Positions 27,910-38,357 of a stretch of 64,000 bases of DNA are shown here, piece by piece. Within the stretch, counting starts at the first letter, position 1. Each line of letters opens with the position of its first letter. The notes under the pieces were generated by a model. That model did not search any database. It saw only the letters and a program-made list of their open reading frames with translations, and was not told the DNA's origin. A program made the position numbers and the translations under genes. The stretch comes from an uncultured delta proteobacterium (GTDB lineage: Bacteria > Myxococcota > UBA727 > VGSZ01): the NCBI GenBank assembly GCA_963775425.1, contig CAVZJB010000011.1:1-64000 (forward strand), in the 5' to 3' direction.

Positions 27910-29874
27910 TCACGGATCGGGAATTTCGAACGCGGACCGGTACGCCCCGGTGGCGATGGCGTGGTCGAACAGCGCCCGCCAGCGCTCGTCGGAGGAGAGC
28001 GTTGCCGAATCGCCCACCACCACGAGCTTTCGCCGCGCCCGCGTGATCGCCACGTTCAGCCGGCGCTCGTCGGCGAGGAAGCCCACGGCGCCGTCGGCGT
28101 TGCTCCGCACGGCGGAGAACACGATGGCCTCCTTCTCCCGCCCCTGGAAGCCGTCGACCGAGTCGATCTCCAGGCCCTGGTCGACGAGGTCGGCGAGCGC
28201 CGTCTGGAGCCTCGCCACCTGCGCGGAGTAGGGCGAGACGATGCCGATGTGCCCCGGCGCGAGCCCGTGCTCGACGAGGTCGCGCACGATGCGCTCCACG
28301 ATGGCGGCCTCGCCCGGGTTCTCCTTGCTGTCGCTCCCCTCGGGCGCGAGCTCCTCGTGGCCGGTGCCGGCGGTGTCGACGACGTCGAGCACGCGCGCCG
28401 CCGCCGCCACCGGGGTGTCCGCCACGCCGAGATCGGCGAGGGTGTGGCCGGCGACCGCCGGGTGCGCCGTCAACCGGCCGTCGTAGAAAGCGCCCGACGA
28501 AAACCGCATCAGGAGCTCGTGCATGCGGTGCTGCACCGTGAGCATGTGCGAGCGCCTGGCTTCGGCGTCGTCTTTGGCGAGCACCTCGAAGGCCGTGGTC
28601 GCGAGGCCCTCGCGCGCCGCCTTGTCGGAGATGATGGTCGGCGGCAGTTGGCGGTGATCGCCGGCGAGCACCACACGCTTGGCCCGCAACACGCCGAGCA
28701 TGAGCGCGGGCGTCAACGCCTGCGATGCCTCGTCGACGACGAGGACGTCGAAGGGACCTTCGGCGAGGACGTCGTCGCGCAGCCCCGTGAGGGTGCCGCA
28801 CAGGACGCGGGTGTGGTCGAGGACGTCGGCCGCGGCCTGGCGCTCGAGGCGGCGGGCGTCGGCGAAGAGCTTGCCGGCCTCGACGCGCGCCTCCCGCTCC
28901 TTCTGCCACGCGTCGCGCCCGCGACTCGAGCGGCGACGCGCCGAGCGCAGGAGGGTGAACGCCTGCTCCACGAGGCTCTTGGCGAGCTGCCGCCGCTCGT
29001 GGGCCTCGGTGAGCGCGACCAGCGTGTGCTTCTCGAGGGCGGGGTGCACGCGGGCCGGGTGGCCGATGCGGGCGAGCGCGAGGTCGGGGTCGGCCTCGAG
29101 CAGGGAGAGCGCGAGGTGGTCGACGGCGGCGTTGCTGGCGCACAGCGCGAGGACGCGCTCACCGTGCTCGACGCAGCCGCGGATCACCTCGACGAGGACG
29201 CGGGTCTTCCCGGTGCCCGGCGGCCCGTGGATGAGCGCGATGTCCTCGGAGAGGATGCCGTGCAACGCGGCCGTCCTCTGGTCGGCGTTCAAGACCTCGT
29301 CGACCTTCACCCGCTCCGACATGCGCGTGGCCCGCGGCTCCACGGCGCCGAGCAGCATCTCCACGAGCCGGGCGGGGCGCCCCTCGACGCGCGCGGCCTC
29401 GTCGAGGCCTTCGCGCATGCGGCGCAGCGTGACCTCGTCGAAGGCGAGCAACACGTCGATGTTCTCGTCGACGTCGGCCACCTGCTCCGACGACTCGAAC
29501 ACGATCTCGATGGCGCCGCGGCGGCGGCGGGAGACGACGCCGTCGGCCAGCGCCTGCATGCGCGTGCCCCCGGACGTGTCCGACGGGTCGCGCTCGATGA
29601 GGGAGACCACCGCACCCGGCCGCGCGTCGAAGCGGTCGACGTGGCCGGGGCGCGACGGGTCGTCGCCGACGGTGACGCGCACGCGCCCGAACAGCGCTGC
29701 GCTGACGTCGACCACGCGGGCCTTCCGCAAAAGGACGCCCTGCGCCTCCAGCTCCTTGGGGCTCTTGTCGACGAGCAGGGCGTCGGCGCGGGCGCGCACC
29801 TCGCGCTCCTCCTCGGTGAGGAGGGCGCGCAGCTTCTCCAGCCGCGCTTGCGCCTCGGGGATGAGCCCGCTCAT
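27910..29874 (-). CDS. SF1 Upf1/IGHMBP2-like helicase
   Basis: GPPGTGKT, DEASQA, GDHRQLPPT, QHRM, DGFQGREK, NVAITRAR. Confidence 0.93.
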   Translation of the reverse strand: MSGLIPEAQARLEKLRALLTEEEREVRARADALLVDKSPKELEAQGVLLRKARVVDVSAALFGRVRVTVGDDPSRPGHVDRFDARPGAVVSLIERDPSDTSGGTRMQALADGVVSRRRRGAIEIVFESSEQVADVDENIDVLLAFDEVTLRRMREGLDEAARVEGRPARLVEMLLGAVEPRATRMSERVKVDEVLNADQRTAALHGILSEDIALIHGPPGTGKTRVLVEVIRGCVEHGERVLALCASNAAVDHLALSLLEADPDLALARIGHPARVHPALEKHTLVALTEAHERRQLAKSLVEQAFTLLRSARRRSSRGRDAWQKEREARVEAGKLFADARRLERQAAADVLDHTRVLCGTLTGLRDDVLAEGPFDVLVVDEASQALTPALMLGVLRAKRVVLAGDHRQLPPTIISDKAAREGLATTAFEVLAKDDAEARRSHMLTVQHRMHELLMRFSSGAFYDGRLTAHPAVAGHTLADLGVADTPVAAAARVLDVVDTAGTGHEELAPEGSDSKENPGEAAIVERIVRDLVEHGLAPGHIGIVSPYSAQVARLQTALADLVDQGLEIDSVDGFQGREKEAIVFSAVRSNADGAVGFLADERRLNVAITRARRKLVVVGDSATLSSDERWRALFDHAIATGAYRSAFEIPDP

Positions 29875-29938
29875 CGCACGTCTTCTACCGCATTATCCCC
29901 GTCGACGCGGCGCGTTCGCGCCCGGGCCCGCGCTCAGC

Positions 29939-32900
29939 TCAACCCTGCTTGACGATCATGGTCTGCTCGCTGGCGGCGGCTTCGCGGTGCTCCTTCAGGA
30001 GGATGAGCGCCTTCCTGTGCTTGTCCGCGAGCTCCTTGTAGGCGCCGTCGATCTTCTTGTTGAGCTCGGCCTGCGTCTTCAGCTTCTGCACCGCCTCGTT
30101 GTACTTGACCGTGAGCTGCTCCACGCGCGCCTTGAGCTCGGCGTCGCCGCCGGTGCGCATGCGCTCGCCAAGCTCCTTGAGCTTCTCGATGGCCTCTTTG
30201 GCCCTCGCGCGCATGGCAGCGTACTCGTGCTGCGCCTGCTTGAGCTTGTCGTCCTTCTCGCGCACCTGCGTGCGCAGCGACGTGAGCTCGATGTCGTTCT
30301 GGTTCATGGCCTGCGTCGAAAGCGCCGAGAGCTGGCCCTGCAGCTTCTCCTCGAGGGCCTTGAAGTTCGCGTTCTCGCGAGCGCGCATCTCCTTCTCCGA
30401 CCGCAGCTCGTCGGCGAGCCGCTCCACCTTCTGGTCCGCCGACGTGCCGCGCTCCGCGTGCTGCGCCTCGAGCTCGCGGTACTTGCGCATGAGCGCTTCG
30501 GCCTTGCGCCGGATGTCGAGCGCCTGGCTGCGCGCGTCGTCGCGCTCCTTGGTCACGCGGGCGAAGTCGTCTTTGACCTTGTTGCTCGCCTCCATCGCCG
30601 AGTGCTTCACATCGTCGATGCGCTTCACCATGGTCTGCTCTTCGGCGCGGAAGCGCTCCTCGACGGAAGCGCGATCCTTCTTGGCCAGGAGGGTCTCCTC
30701 CTGCGCGCGCTTGAGCGCCGTCTTCAGGCGCGTGATCTCGTCGGTGAGCGCCTCGGCCTTGGCCTGCGCTCCCTCGACCTCCTCGTCGAGGACGCTGGCC
30801 TTGTCGCTCATCGCCTGGCGCTCACGCTGCTCGCGGTCGAGGGCGGCCTCGAGCTTGGCGCCCTTGTCCTCGGCGCGCGCCAGGCGCTCGCGCGTGGCCT
30901 GGAGGTCCGCGCTGTTGGCGCCGAGCTCGGCGCGCAGCTTCTGCACGGCGTCCTGGAGCTTCTCGATGCGCTCCTTGGCCTGCTGCGTGGTCCGGTCGAG
31001 GGCGCCCGAATGCGTCTGCAGGTCCTGGGCGTGGTTGGCCCGCTCCTCGCCGAGCTCGGCCTCGACGAACGCGGTGCGCTCCTTCTGCTCGTTGTACAGC
31101 CGCGTCAGCTCCTCGTTGCGCTCGTTGGCGACGGTGAGCTCCTCGCCGACCTGGGTGGCCCTGGTCTCCGCGCGCTTCAGCTCCCGCGACAGATCCGCGA
31201 TCTTGCCCTTGCTGTCCTCGAGCAGCGCCTCGAGCTCGGCGCCCTTGGCGCGCGAACGGTTGAGATCGCGATCGAGCTCGTCGCCGCGGGCGCGCTGCGC
31301 GTCGATGTCGAGGGTGAGCTCGGCCTCGCGGGTCTTGGCCGCGCGCTCCGTCTCGTGGACGAGCGAATCGAGCTCGCGGATGCGCTGCTCGTGGTCGCCG
31401 ATGCGCTGGTCGCGCTTGAGGATGTCCTTCTGGCGGCCGACGCGCTCCGCGTCCCACTCGCGGGTCTTCTCCTCGAGCCGCATCTGCGTATCGCGCAATT
31501 GGCTCTCGAGGATGCCGGCGTTGTCGACGCCCTCGCGGACCTTGTCCTCGAGCTCGACGATGTTCTCCTTGAACCCGGCGATGCGGGCCTCGAGCTCGCG
31601 CACCTGCGCGGCGTCGCGCTGCTTGGTGTCCTCGAGCTCGCCGCTCAGCTCCGCGATGCGCTCGGCGCCGGCGGACACCTCTTTGCTGGTCTCGTAGAGC
31701 TTCTGCTCGAGCCGGTGCTTCTCCTGGCTCAGCTCGAGCGCGTGCTGCTGCACCTCAGACAGCTCGTTGGTCAGCTCGGCCGCGCGGGTCTCGCTGTGCG
31801 AGAGCTGGCTCGAGATATCGGTGAGCTTGCCCTGCGTGTCGGCGAGGTCGGCCTCGAGGTCGGTGATGCGGGAGTTGCCGTCGGCGATGCGGCTCTCGCG
31901 CTCCTGCAGCTCGGCGGCGGTGCGGTGCAGGTCGGCCTCGACGCCGTCCTTGTCGAGCGAGAGATCGCGGATGCGCCCCTCGAGCTCCTCGACGAGGGTG
32001 CGCGCGCGCTCGTCATCCTGCAGCTTCTCGGTGCGCAGCGTCTGCAGCTCGCGCTGGAGCGCCTCGCCGTCCTTTTGCGCGTCGACGAGCGTGCCGCGCA
32101 GGTTCTGGCCCTCGGCCTCGAGGCCCGCGATCTTGCCGAGGAGCTCGGCCTCCTGGCTGCGGGCGCCGGCGTCGCGTTCGTTGAACTCGGCCTCGGCCTT
32201 GGCCATCTGCTGCCGCAGCGCCTCGACGTCATTGACGAGGTCGTGGATCTCGGCGGCGCTGCGATCATTCTCGTCGGCGCGCGCGGACTGCTCGCCGCGC
32301 AGGGCCTCCTCGAGCTGCTGGCTGCGCGCCTGCAGTTGCATGAGGTTGCGCTCGAGCTCGTTGGTGACGTTCTCGAGCTCGTCCGACAGCGCCTTCTTCT
32401 CGCGCTCGAGGCGCTCGCTGCGCTCGGCCGCGAGCTCGACGTCGAGCCGCGCGGCGGCGACCTTGTCCTCGGTGGCGGTGAGCTGGGCGAGCAAATCCTC
32501 GCGGCTCTTGCGCGCGCGCTCGAGCTCGCGTTCGCGCAGCTCGAGCACCTCGGTGAGCTGGGCGAACTCGCGCTCACGGGTGCTCCACAGCTCGCGGGCG
32601 CGGCCGATGTCCTGCTCCTTCTGCCGCAGGCTGTCGCGCAGGAAGGAGAGCTTGGCCTCCGGCCCCGCCGCGTTGCTCGGCGGCTGCGCCGGAGCCTCCG
32701 CGCGCCCCTGTGCGATCAGCTCGTCGAGGCTCGGCCCCGGTCCCCGCCCGGCGTCGCGCGGCCGCAGATCGGCGGCGGAGCGCTCCCGCCGGGGCAGGCT
32801 CGGCGGCGCCTTCTGCTGCGCGCCCTGCTCGGCCGGAGGCGGCATGACCGCCGCGCCCTCGCCGCTGACGTTGGCGCCGTCCGCGCCGCCGCCCGTGCCC

Positions 32901-33334
32901 GGCGCCCCGACCATCTCGTTGTCCGCCGCGGGCATTCCGTTCGGAAACGCGTCCGGGATCAAACGCCCCACCGCGTCGACGAGCTGATCGACGCTGAAGG
33001 GCTTGCGCATGTACGCGTCCGCGCGGGTGGCGGTGCGCTGGTGCTGGGCGAAGGCCTCCTCGGTCTCCTGTCCCGACGTCAGGATGATGGGGATGCGCTT
33101 GAGATCCTGCTGCTTCTTCAAACGGTTGCAGAACGAGTAGCCGCTGCCGCGGGGCAGCTCGACGTTCAAGAGGATGACGCTCGGGGCCTTGCTGCGGACG
33201 AATTCGACCACGTCGCCTTCGCCGAGCACGTGTGCTTCGAACCCGAGCCCGGTGAACGTGGCCTCCACCGTGCTCGCGACGTTCATGTCGGGCTCAATGA
33301 TCGCAACACTTAGTCCGGACAAGTGATCACCCAC
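29939..33334 (-). CDS. aglZ: AglZ-like pseudo-receiver plus long coiled-coil gliding motility protein
   Basis: N-terminal receiver lacking the phospho-Asp (LLNVELP, FAQHQ...ADAY), LPRRER linker, PEAKLSFLRD...ELWSTRERE, about 900 aa coiled coil. Start is estimated. Confidence 0.7.
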   Translation of the reverse strand: MGDHLSGLSVAIIEPDMNVASTVEATFTGLGFEAHVLGEGDVVEFVRSKAPSVILLNVELPRGSGYSFCNRLKKQQDLKRIPIILTSGQETEEAFAQHQRTATRADAYMRKPFSVDQLVDAVGRLIPDAFPNGMPAADNEMVGAPGTGGGADGANVSGEGAAVMPPPAEQGAQQKAPPSLPRRERSAADLRPRDAGRGPGPSLDELIAQGRAEAPAQPPSNAAGPEAKLSFLRDSLRQKEQDIGRARELWSTREREFAQLTEVLELRERELERARKSREDLLAQLTATEDKVAAARLDVELAAERSERLEREKKALSDELENVTNELERNLMQLQARSQQLEEALRGEQSARADENDRSAAEIHDLVNDVEALRQQMAKAEAEFNERDAGARSQEAELLGKIAGLEAEGQNLRGTLVDAQKDGEALQRELQTLRTEKLQDDERARTLVEELEGRIRDLSLDKDGVEADLHRTAAELQERESRIADGNSRITDLEADLADTQGKLTDISSQLSHSETRAAELTNELSEVQQHALELSQEKHRLEQKLYETSKEVSAGAERIAELSGELEDTKQRDAAQVRELEARIAGFKENIVELEDKVREGVDNAGILESQLRDTQMRLEEKTREWDAERVGRQKDILKRDQRIGDHEQRIRELDSLVHETERAAKTREAELTLDIDAQRARGDELDRDLNRSRAKGAELEALLEDSKGKIADLSRELKRAETRATQVGEELTVANERNEELTRLYNEQKERTAFVEAELGEERANHAQDLQTHSGALDRTTQQAKERIEKLQDAVQKLRAELGANSADLQATRERLARAEDKGAKLEAALDREQRERQAMSDKASVLDEEVEGAQAKAEALTDEITRLKTALKRAQEETLLAKKDRASVEERFRAEEQTMVKRIDDVKHSAMEASNKVKDDFARVTKERDDARSQALDIRRKAEALMRKYRELEAQHAERGTSADQKVERLADELRSEKEMRARENANFKALEEKLQGQLSALSTQAMNQNDIELTSLRTQVREKDDKLKQAQHEYAAMRARAKEAIEKLKELGERMRTGGDAELKARVEQLTVKYNEAVQKLKTQAELNKKIDGAYKELADKHRKALILLKEHREAAASEQTMIVKQG

Positions 33335-33491
33335 GCCTTCCGACGACGCACCGCGCCGAACGTAGCATGGCTCCGGGGGGCCCTTCATCTTCGGCGCCGA
33401 TCCCGAAAAGGTTGCTCAGGCCAATTCCGGATGGGTTTGTCAGCGGCGCTTCGTTGAGGTGTGGCGAAACGTGTGGCATCTCACGGGGACC

Positions 33492-35240
33492 ATGAAGCCG
33501 CTCATCCGCCTTCTCCCCATCTTCCTCCTGCCCGCCCTCGCAGACTGCAACTGTGGCGTGGAGGCGCCCCACGCCATCGCGCCGCAGATTTATCTGGACG
33601 TGTGCAAGACGCCGCAGCGAAAGGTCAACGGCATCCTCATCGGCGGCTTCGACGACTGCGCCGTCGACTTCGGGACGCGTGACATCAGCGTGAAGGTCAC
33701 CCGGGCCATCAAGGTCACCAACCCCTCCATCATCGAGCTGCACCTCGAAAACGTCGTCGTCACCGGCAATCCGTCGTTCAACGTGGAGCTCGCCCCCGAG
33801 ACCATCGGCCCCGGCCTCTCCGGTGACATCGTCGTCAGCGTGAGGCCCAACACGGAGACGCTCATCGAGAGCACCCTGACCATCCTCTCCGACGCGAACA
33901 ACACCGAGCAGACCCCGGACGGCAAGAGCGACATCGAGATCCCGCTCACCGCCACCGGCGTCGACAACGGCATCCCCGACATCGAGGTCACGCCCCTCGC
34001 CTGCGACTTCGGCAACACCGCCGTCGGCGGCGTGCAGCTCTGCCCGGTGCAGATCGCCAACCGCGGCAACCGCGGCCTCGTGCTCGACTCGGTCGACTTC
34101 GTCGCGCCCACCGACGAGGACGGCGCGCCGCTGTTCGACGTGCCCCCCGACAGCGCCCAGACGCCCTTCGCGTTCTCCGGCCGCCCGCCCACGCCCGACG
34201 AGGAGATCCCGCCGACGGTGGCGCCGGAGCAGCCGGTGACGCTCCAGGTGCGCTTCACCCCCGACGTCCTCGGCAACTACCAGGGCAAGTTCCGCATCCT
34301 CAGCAACGATCCCGACGAGGGATCCATCGACGTCACACTCTCCGGCATCGGCGTCACCCCGCCCACCTGCACGGCGCGCGTGAAGACCATCAACGGCCAG
34401 GACGTCCCCGCGGGCTCAAACCCCGAGGTCGAGCCGCTCGACAACGTCGTCGTCACCATGGAGGGCTCCGAGCCCTCCACCCCCGGCGGCTCCATCGCCT
34501 CCTACGCCTGGCAGGATCCCCCTGGGCGGCCGGCGGGCTCCACCATCCGCATCGCCAACCCCACCGGCGTGGACACCGGCTTCACCTTCGCCGACACCGT
34601 CGGCGTCGACCTCGCCGGCGACTACAAGATCTGCGGGCAGGTGTTCGACGGCAACGGCACCGGCAGCGTGAACGAGTGCTGCGCCGAGTTCTCCGCCATC
34701 CCCAAGCAGCACTTCCTCGTGCAGCTCTCCTGGGACACGGACGTCAACGACATCGATCTCCACGTCACCAAGAAGGGCGCGGACGGCTTCTGCGTCAGCG
34801 CCACCACCTCCGGCACCGACGTCACCGGCACCGTCGGCGAGAGCGACTGCAACGACGGCCTCGACTGCAACTACTCCGACTGCAAGGCCACCTCGTTCGG
34901 CAACCCGCCGGACTGGGACGGCGTCGCCGGCCGCAGCTCGGGCGACCCCTCGCTCGACATCGACGACCTCGACGGCTTCGGCCCGGAGAACATCAACGTC
35001 GACGTCATGCCGGGCGGTGACTACCTGGTGAGCGTCAACGCCTACTCCACCTCCATCCCCTCCGGCTGCACCGTGCGCGTCTTCGTGTTCGGCCAGCTCG
35101 CCGGCGAGTTCTTCAACGAGCTCGAGCGCCCCGACTTCTGGGAGGTGGCGCTCGTGCACTGGCCCGACGACATCTCCACCGATCAGCCGTGCGTGGAGGA
35201 CCTCACGGACGGCGACCCAACCGACGAGTGCGGCCCATGA
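33492..35240 (+). CDS. Exported lipoprotein with Ig-like (choice-of-anchor D/ASH) domains and YfaP-like C-terminus
   Basis: Signal peptide ending CNCG, DFG...I.N.G motifs, SNDPDE, LSWD...DIDLHV, LDIDDLDGFGPENI. Confidence 0.75.
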   Translation: MKPLIRLLPIFLLPALADCNCGVEAPHAIAPQIYLDVCKTPQRKVNGILIGGFDDCAVDFGTRDISVKVTRAIKVTNPSIIELHLENVVVTGNPSFNVELAPETIGPGLSGDIVVSVRPNTETLIESTLTILSDANNTEQTPDGKSDIEIPLTATGVDNGIPDIEVTPLACDFGNTAVGGVQLCPVQIANRGNRGLVLDSVDFVAPTDEDGAPLFDVPPDSAQTPFAFSGRPPTPDEEIPPTVAPEQPVTLQVRFTPDVLGNYQGKFRILSNDPDEGSIDVTLSGIGVTPPTCTARVKTINGQDVPAGSNPEVEPLDNVVVTMEGSEPSTPGGSIASYAWQDPPGRPAGSTIRIANPTGVDTGFTFADTVGVDLAGDYKICGQVFDGNGTGSVNECCAEFSAIPKQHFLVQLSWDTDVNDIDLHVTKKGADGFCVSATTSGTDVTGTVGESDCNDGLDCNYSDCKATSFGNPPDWDGVAGRSSGDPSLDIDDLDGFGPENINVDVMPGGDYLVSVNAYSTSIPSGCTVRVFVFGQLAGEFFNELERPDFWEVALVHWPDDISTDQPCVEDLTDGDPTDECGP

Positions 35241-38200
35241 CCTTCCGCTCCTTCCTGATCCTCTTGGCCGTGGCGGTCTCGGCGGCGTGCCCCAAGGACC
35301 CGGGCCAGGTCGTCGATCCAGCGAACGTCCACAAGAACTGCGAGGCCAGCTCCGAGTGCCCCACGGGCGACATCTGCTCGCAGGGCAACTGCGTCATCGG
35401 GACGTGCGATCCGGTGATCGAGACCGATTGCGACAACGGCACCGTCGCGGACTCCGAGCAGTCCTTCTGCTGCAAGCCATGGGAGCTGTGCAACGGCGTC
35501 GACTTCCAGTGCAGGAACGACCCGAGCGTCCACGGCATCGGCTGCGATCAGAACGATCCGGGCTGCACGCCCTGCGAGACGCAGGAGGACTGCGCCGCCG
35601 GCCAGTTCTGCTCCGGCGCGGCCTGCTTCAACGCCGCCGGCCGCGAAGACTGCACGTCGTCGTTCCAATGCAACTCGGGCGAGCGCTGTGATCGCAACGT
35701 CTTCCTGTGCGTCCCCGACCGCGGCGGTTGCACCTTCTGCCAGGACTTCCCCGAGCTGTGTTGCGAGGCCGGCCAGGCCTGCTCGCAGGAGAGCGGCTTC
35801 TGCGTCGACGTCGGCGAGCCCGAGTGCGAAAACCCCGGCGTCCAGGACTCGTGCGCCAACGGCCTGTTCTGCAACGACAACCGCCAGTGCGTGCAGTGCG
35901 TCACCGACGCCGACTGCGGCCCCGGCCTCGCCTGCGACGGCGGCACCGGCCACTGCTTCTCCCTCATCGATCAGTGCCAGAGCGACGGCGACTGCAGCGG
36001 CAACAAGCGCTGCTCGGTCGAAGCGCAGACCTGCGTGATCCCGCAGTGCACCAGCGACGCCACCTGCCACTCCGAGGACGCGCGCGAGCTGTGCAACCTC
36101 TCGAGCTTCGAGTGCTTCCTGCCGCCGGCGGAGTGCGACGAGACCGACGAGCCCAACAACAGCACCGCGGCCGCCACCCCCATGACCGACGGCGTTTCGT
36201 ACGCGGGCACGCTGTGCCGCGGTGACACCGACGTCCTCTCGTTCCCCGTCATCCCGCACAAGCGCTACACCGCCACCGTCGACTTCCACGGCAGCGGTCA
36301 GCCCGGGATCGGCGTGCAGATGTTGAACACCACGCTGGCCATCGAGAGCTTCCAGACCTTCACCACCACCCAGGCGTCGGTGCAGGTCACGGGCGTCACC
36401 GGCGACAGCGAGACGGGCAACTTCTACATCAAGGTCGAGGGCGCCAACCAGGCCCGCGACTCGTGGACGTACTCGGTCACCATCCGCGAGGACGAGCCGA
36501 GCCAGACCGCGGACTGCTCGGCGGCCGGCCAGCCCGAGGAGCCCAACGACGACTTCGCCACGGCCACGCCGCTCACCATCGGCGAGACCAAGACGTTCTC
36601 GCGCTGCGGCACCGACGACGTCGACTTCTACTCCATCCCCCTGAGCCCGCTGCACTCCGTCAAGCTCATCCTGGGCGGCTTCTTCAACGCCGAGGGCAAC
36701 CTCAACGTCGATCTCTTCGACGGGGCCAGCACCAGCGACCGCGTCTCCGGCGCCGGCGGCAACACCGTCAACGACTTCGAGCAGGTGACCGGGCCCGAGG
36801 GGCCGGGCACGTACTTCGTCAAGGTCGCGCTCGCCACGGTGAACGGCGCCGTGCAGAACCAGACCTACAACGTCACCGCCACCGAGGTGCCGCGGCCGGG
36901 CTTCTGCGCCACGGTCGCGGACTGCCCGAGCGACGCGCTCGGCAACCCCGCGGACGCCTGCACCGCCGGCGTGTGCACCCTCGGCGGCGCGCCGCTCGGC
37001 GCCTGCGTCCCCAATCCCACCGAGGACGACGGCACCGTGGTCAACGCCGCGGCGCTCACGCTCGTCGCCGACAACAGCGGCGGCGATCCCGACCACAACC
37101 TCGGCGTCTTCCTCGCCGACGGCAAGGCCGCCGACGGCACCGCCGACGCCACCGCCGTCGGGCCGCTGCGCTGCAACCCGCAGGACATCGATCTGTTCAC
37201 GTTCACCATGCCGCCCAACCTCCAGGGGAGCGCGCTCATCCGCTTCAACCAGAGCGAGGGCAACATGGCGCTCGATCTCCTCGACGCGTCCGGCAACCAG
37301 ATCGCCACCTCGAACTCCTCGAGCACGAGCAACCCCGTGGAGCAGGTGGCCATCCCCGGCAGCACCCAGGCGGAGAGCTACGTCGTGCGCGCCCGCCTCT
37401 CAGGAAGCAGCGGCGGCATCACCGGCCAGCACTACGCGCTCGAGGTCCACACCTTCGACGCCGCGCAGTGCATCGCCACGGAGCCGGACGGCGGCGACGA
37501 CAGCTTCGCCACCGCGCGTTGCGTCGGCGCCGTCGGCGACTACGCCGGCTCCGGCTTCCCCTGCGCCTCGTTCGTACCCGAGCCGTTGGCCCCCGCCGAC
37601 TGCAGCACTGCGGCGTCCGGCACGGCAGGCTGCGGGCGCACCTGCGGCAACGACGACAAGGACTTCTACCGCGTCGGCGCCCTCGCCCGGGAGCAGACCG
37701 TCCACGCCCGGCTGGAGTTCGATCCGGCGCAGGGCGATCTCAGCGTCGTGCGCTCGTCGGCCACGCTGGGCACGGCCACCTCCAGCGACAACCGTACGGA
37801 AAACGACACCGACAGCGACGGCATCATCGACGTCTTCTTCACCGAGTTGAGCACCACGCAGCACGAGTTCGCGTTCCGCGTGAACCCCCGCGGCACCACG
37901 GGCCACCAGCTCCAGCCGTACACGTTCAACCTCGAGGTCGGCGCCGCGTGCACCGACGACGACAACGACGCGGGCACCGCGTCGAACAACCTGCCTTCGA
38001 CGTCCACCTTCGTGCCCAGCCTGCCGGCGTCTTTGGCGGAGAGCCTGTGCACCACCAACGACGTCGACGTCTACGAGGTGATCCTCGGCGCCAGCCAGAC
38101 GCTCCGCGTGCAGATCGACCAGGACGATCACACGCCCAGCGGGATGGAGGCCGAGCTCTACGCCCGACCCGAGAACGCCGGCATCCTCCCGGACCTGGCG

Positions 38201-38341
38201 GACGCGCTCGCGATCGCCGTCGACAACGGCGGCCCGGTGACGTTCCAGTCCACGGAGCCCGCGGCGTCCACGTTCTACGTGGTGGTGCGCACCGCCGACG
38301 GGACACCCGTCACGGGGCCGTACACGCTCTCGTTGCAGTGA
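35237..38341 (+). CDS. Large Cys-rich lipoprotein with repeated PPC-like domains
   Basis: Lipobox SAAC, many C-x4-C-x5-C repeats, EPN(N/D) and D.D.Y motifs. Confidence 0.75.
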   Translation: MTFRSFLILLAVAVSAACPKDPGQVVDPANVHKNCEASSECPTGDICSQGNCVIGTCDPVIETDCDNGTVADSEQSFCCKPWELCNGVDFQCRNDPSVHGIGCDQNDPGCTPCETQEDCAAGQFCSGAACFNAAGREDCTSSFQCNSGERCDRNVFLCVPDRGGCTFCQDFPELCCEAGQACSQESGFCVDVGEPECENPGVQDSCANGLFCNDNRQCVQCVTDADCGPGLACDGGTGHCFSLIDQCQSDGDCSGNKRCSVEAQTCVIPQCTSDATCHSEDARELCNLSSFECFLPPAECDETDEPNNSTAAATPMTDGVSYAGTLCRGDTDVLSFPVIPHKRYTATVDFHGSGQPGIGVQMLNTTLAIESFQTFTTTQASVQVTGVTGDSETGNFYIKVEGANQARDSWTYSVTIREDEPSQTADCSAAGQPEEPNDDFATATPLTIGETKTFSRCGTDDVDFYSIPLSPLHSVKLILGGFFNAEGNLNVDLFDGASTSDRVSGAGGNTVNDFEQVTGPEGPGTYFVKVALATVNGAVQNQTYNVTATEVPRPGFCATVADCPSDALGNPADACTAGVCTLGGAPLGACVPNPTEDDGTVVNAAALTLVADNSGGDPDHNLGVFLADGKAADGTADATAVGPLRCNPQDIDLFTFTMPPNLQGSALIRFNQSEGNMALDLLDASGNQIATSNSSSTSNPVEQVAIPGSTQAESYVVRARLSGSSGGITGQHYALEVHTFDAAQCIATEPDGGDDSFATARCVGAVGDYAGSGFPCASFVPEPLAPADCSTAASGTAGCGRTCGNDDKDFYRVGALAREQTVHARLEFDPAQGDLSVVRSSATLGTATSSDNRTENDTDSDGIIDVFFTELSTTQHEFAFRVNPRGTTGHQLQPYTFNLEVGAACTDDDNDAGTASNNLPSTSTFVPSLPASLAESLCTTNDVDVYEVILGASQTLRVQIDQDDHTPSGMEAELYARPENAGILPDLADALAIAVDNGGPVTFQSTEPAASTFYVVVRTADGTPVTGPYTLSLQ

Positions 38342-38357
38342 ACGCTCTTCGGGAGCG

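Noticed and set aside
28679-33313. 1544-aa plus-strand ORF (also 59615-62938, 49012-51090, 35183-37096)
   Set aside because: Antisense shadows of real genes in high-GC DNA, with no motifs.
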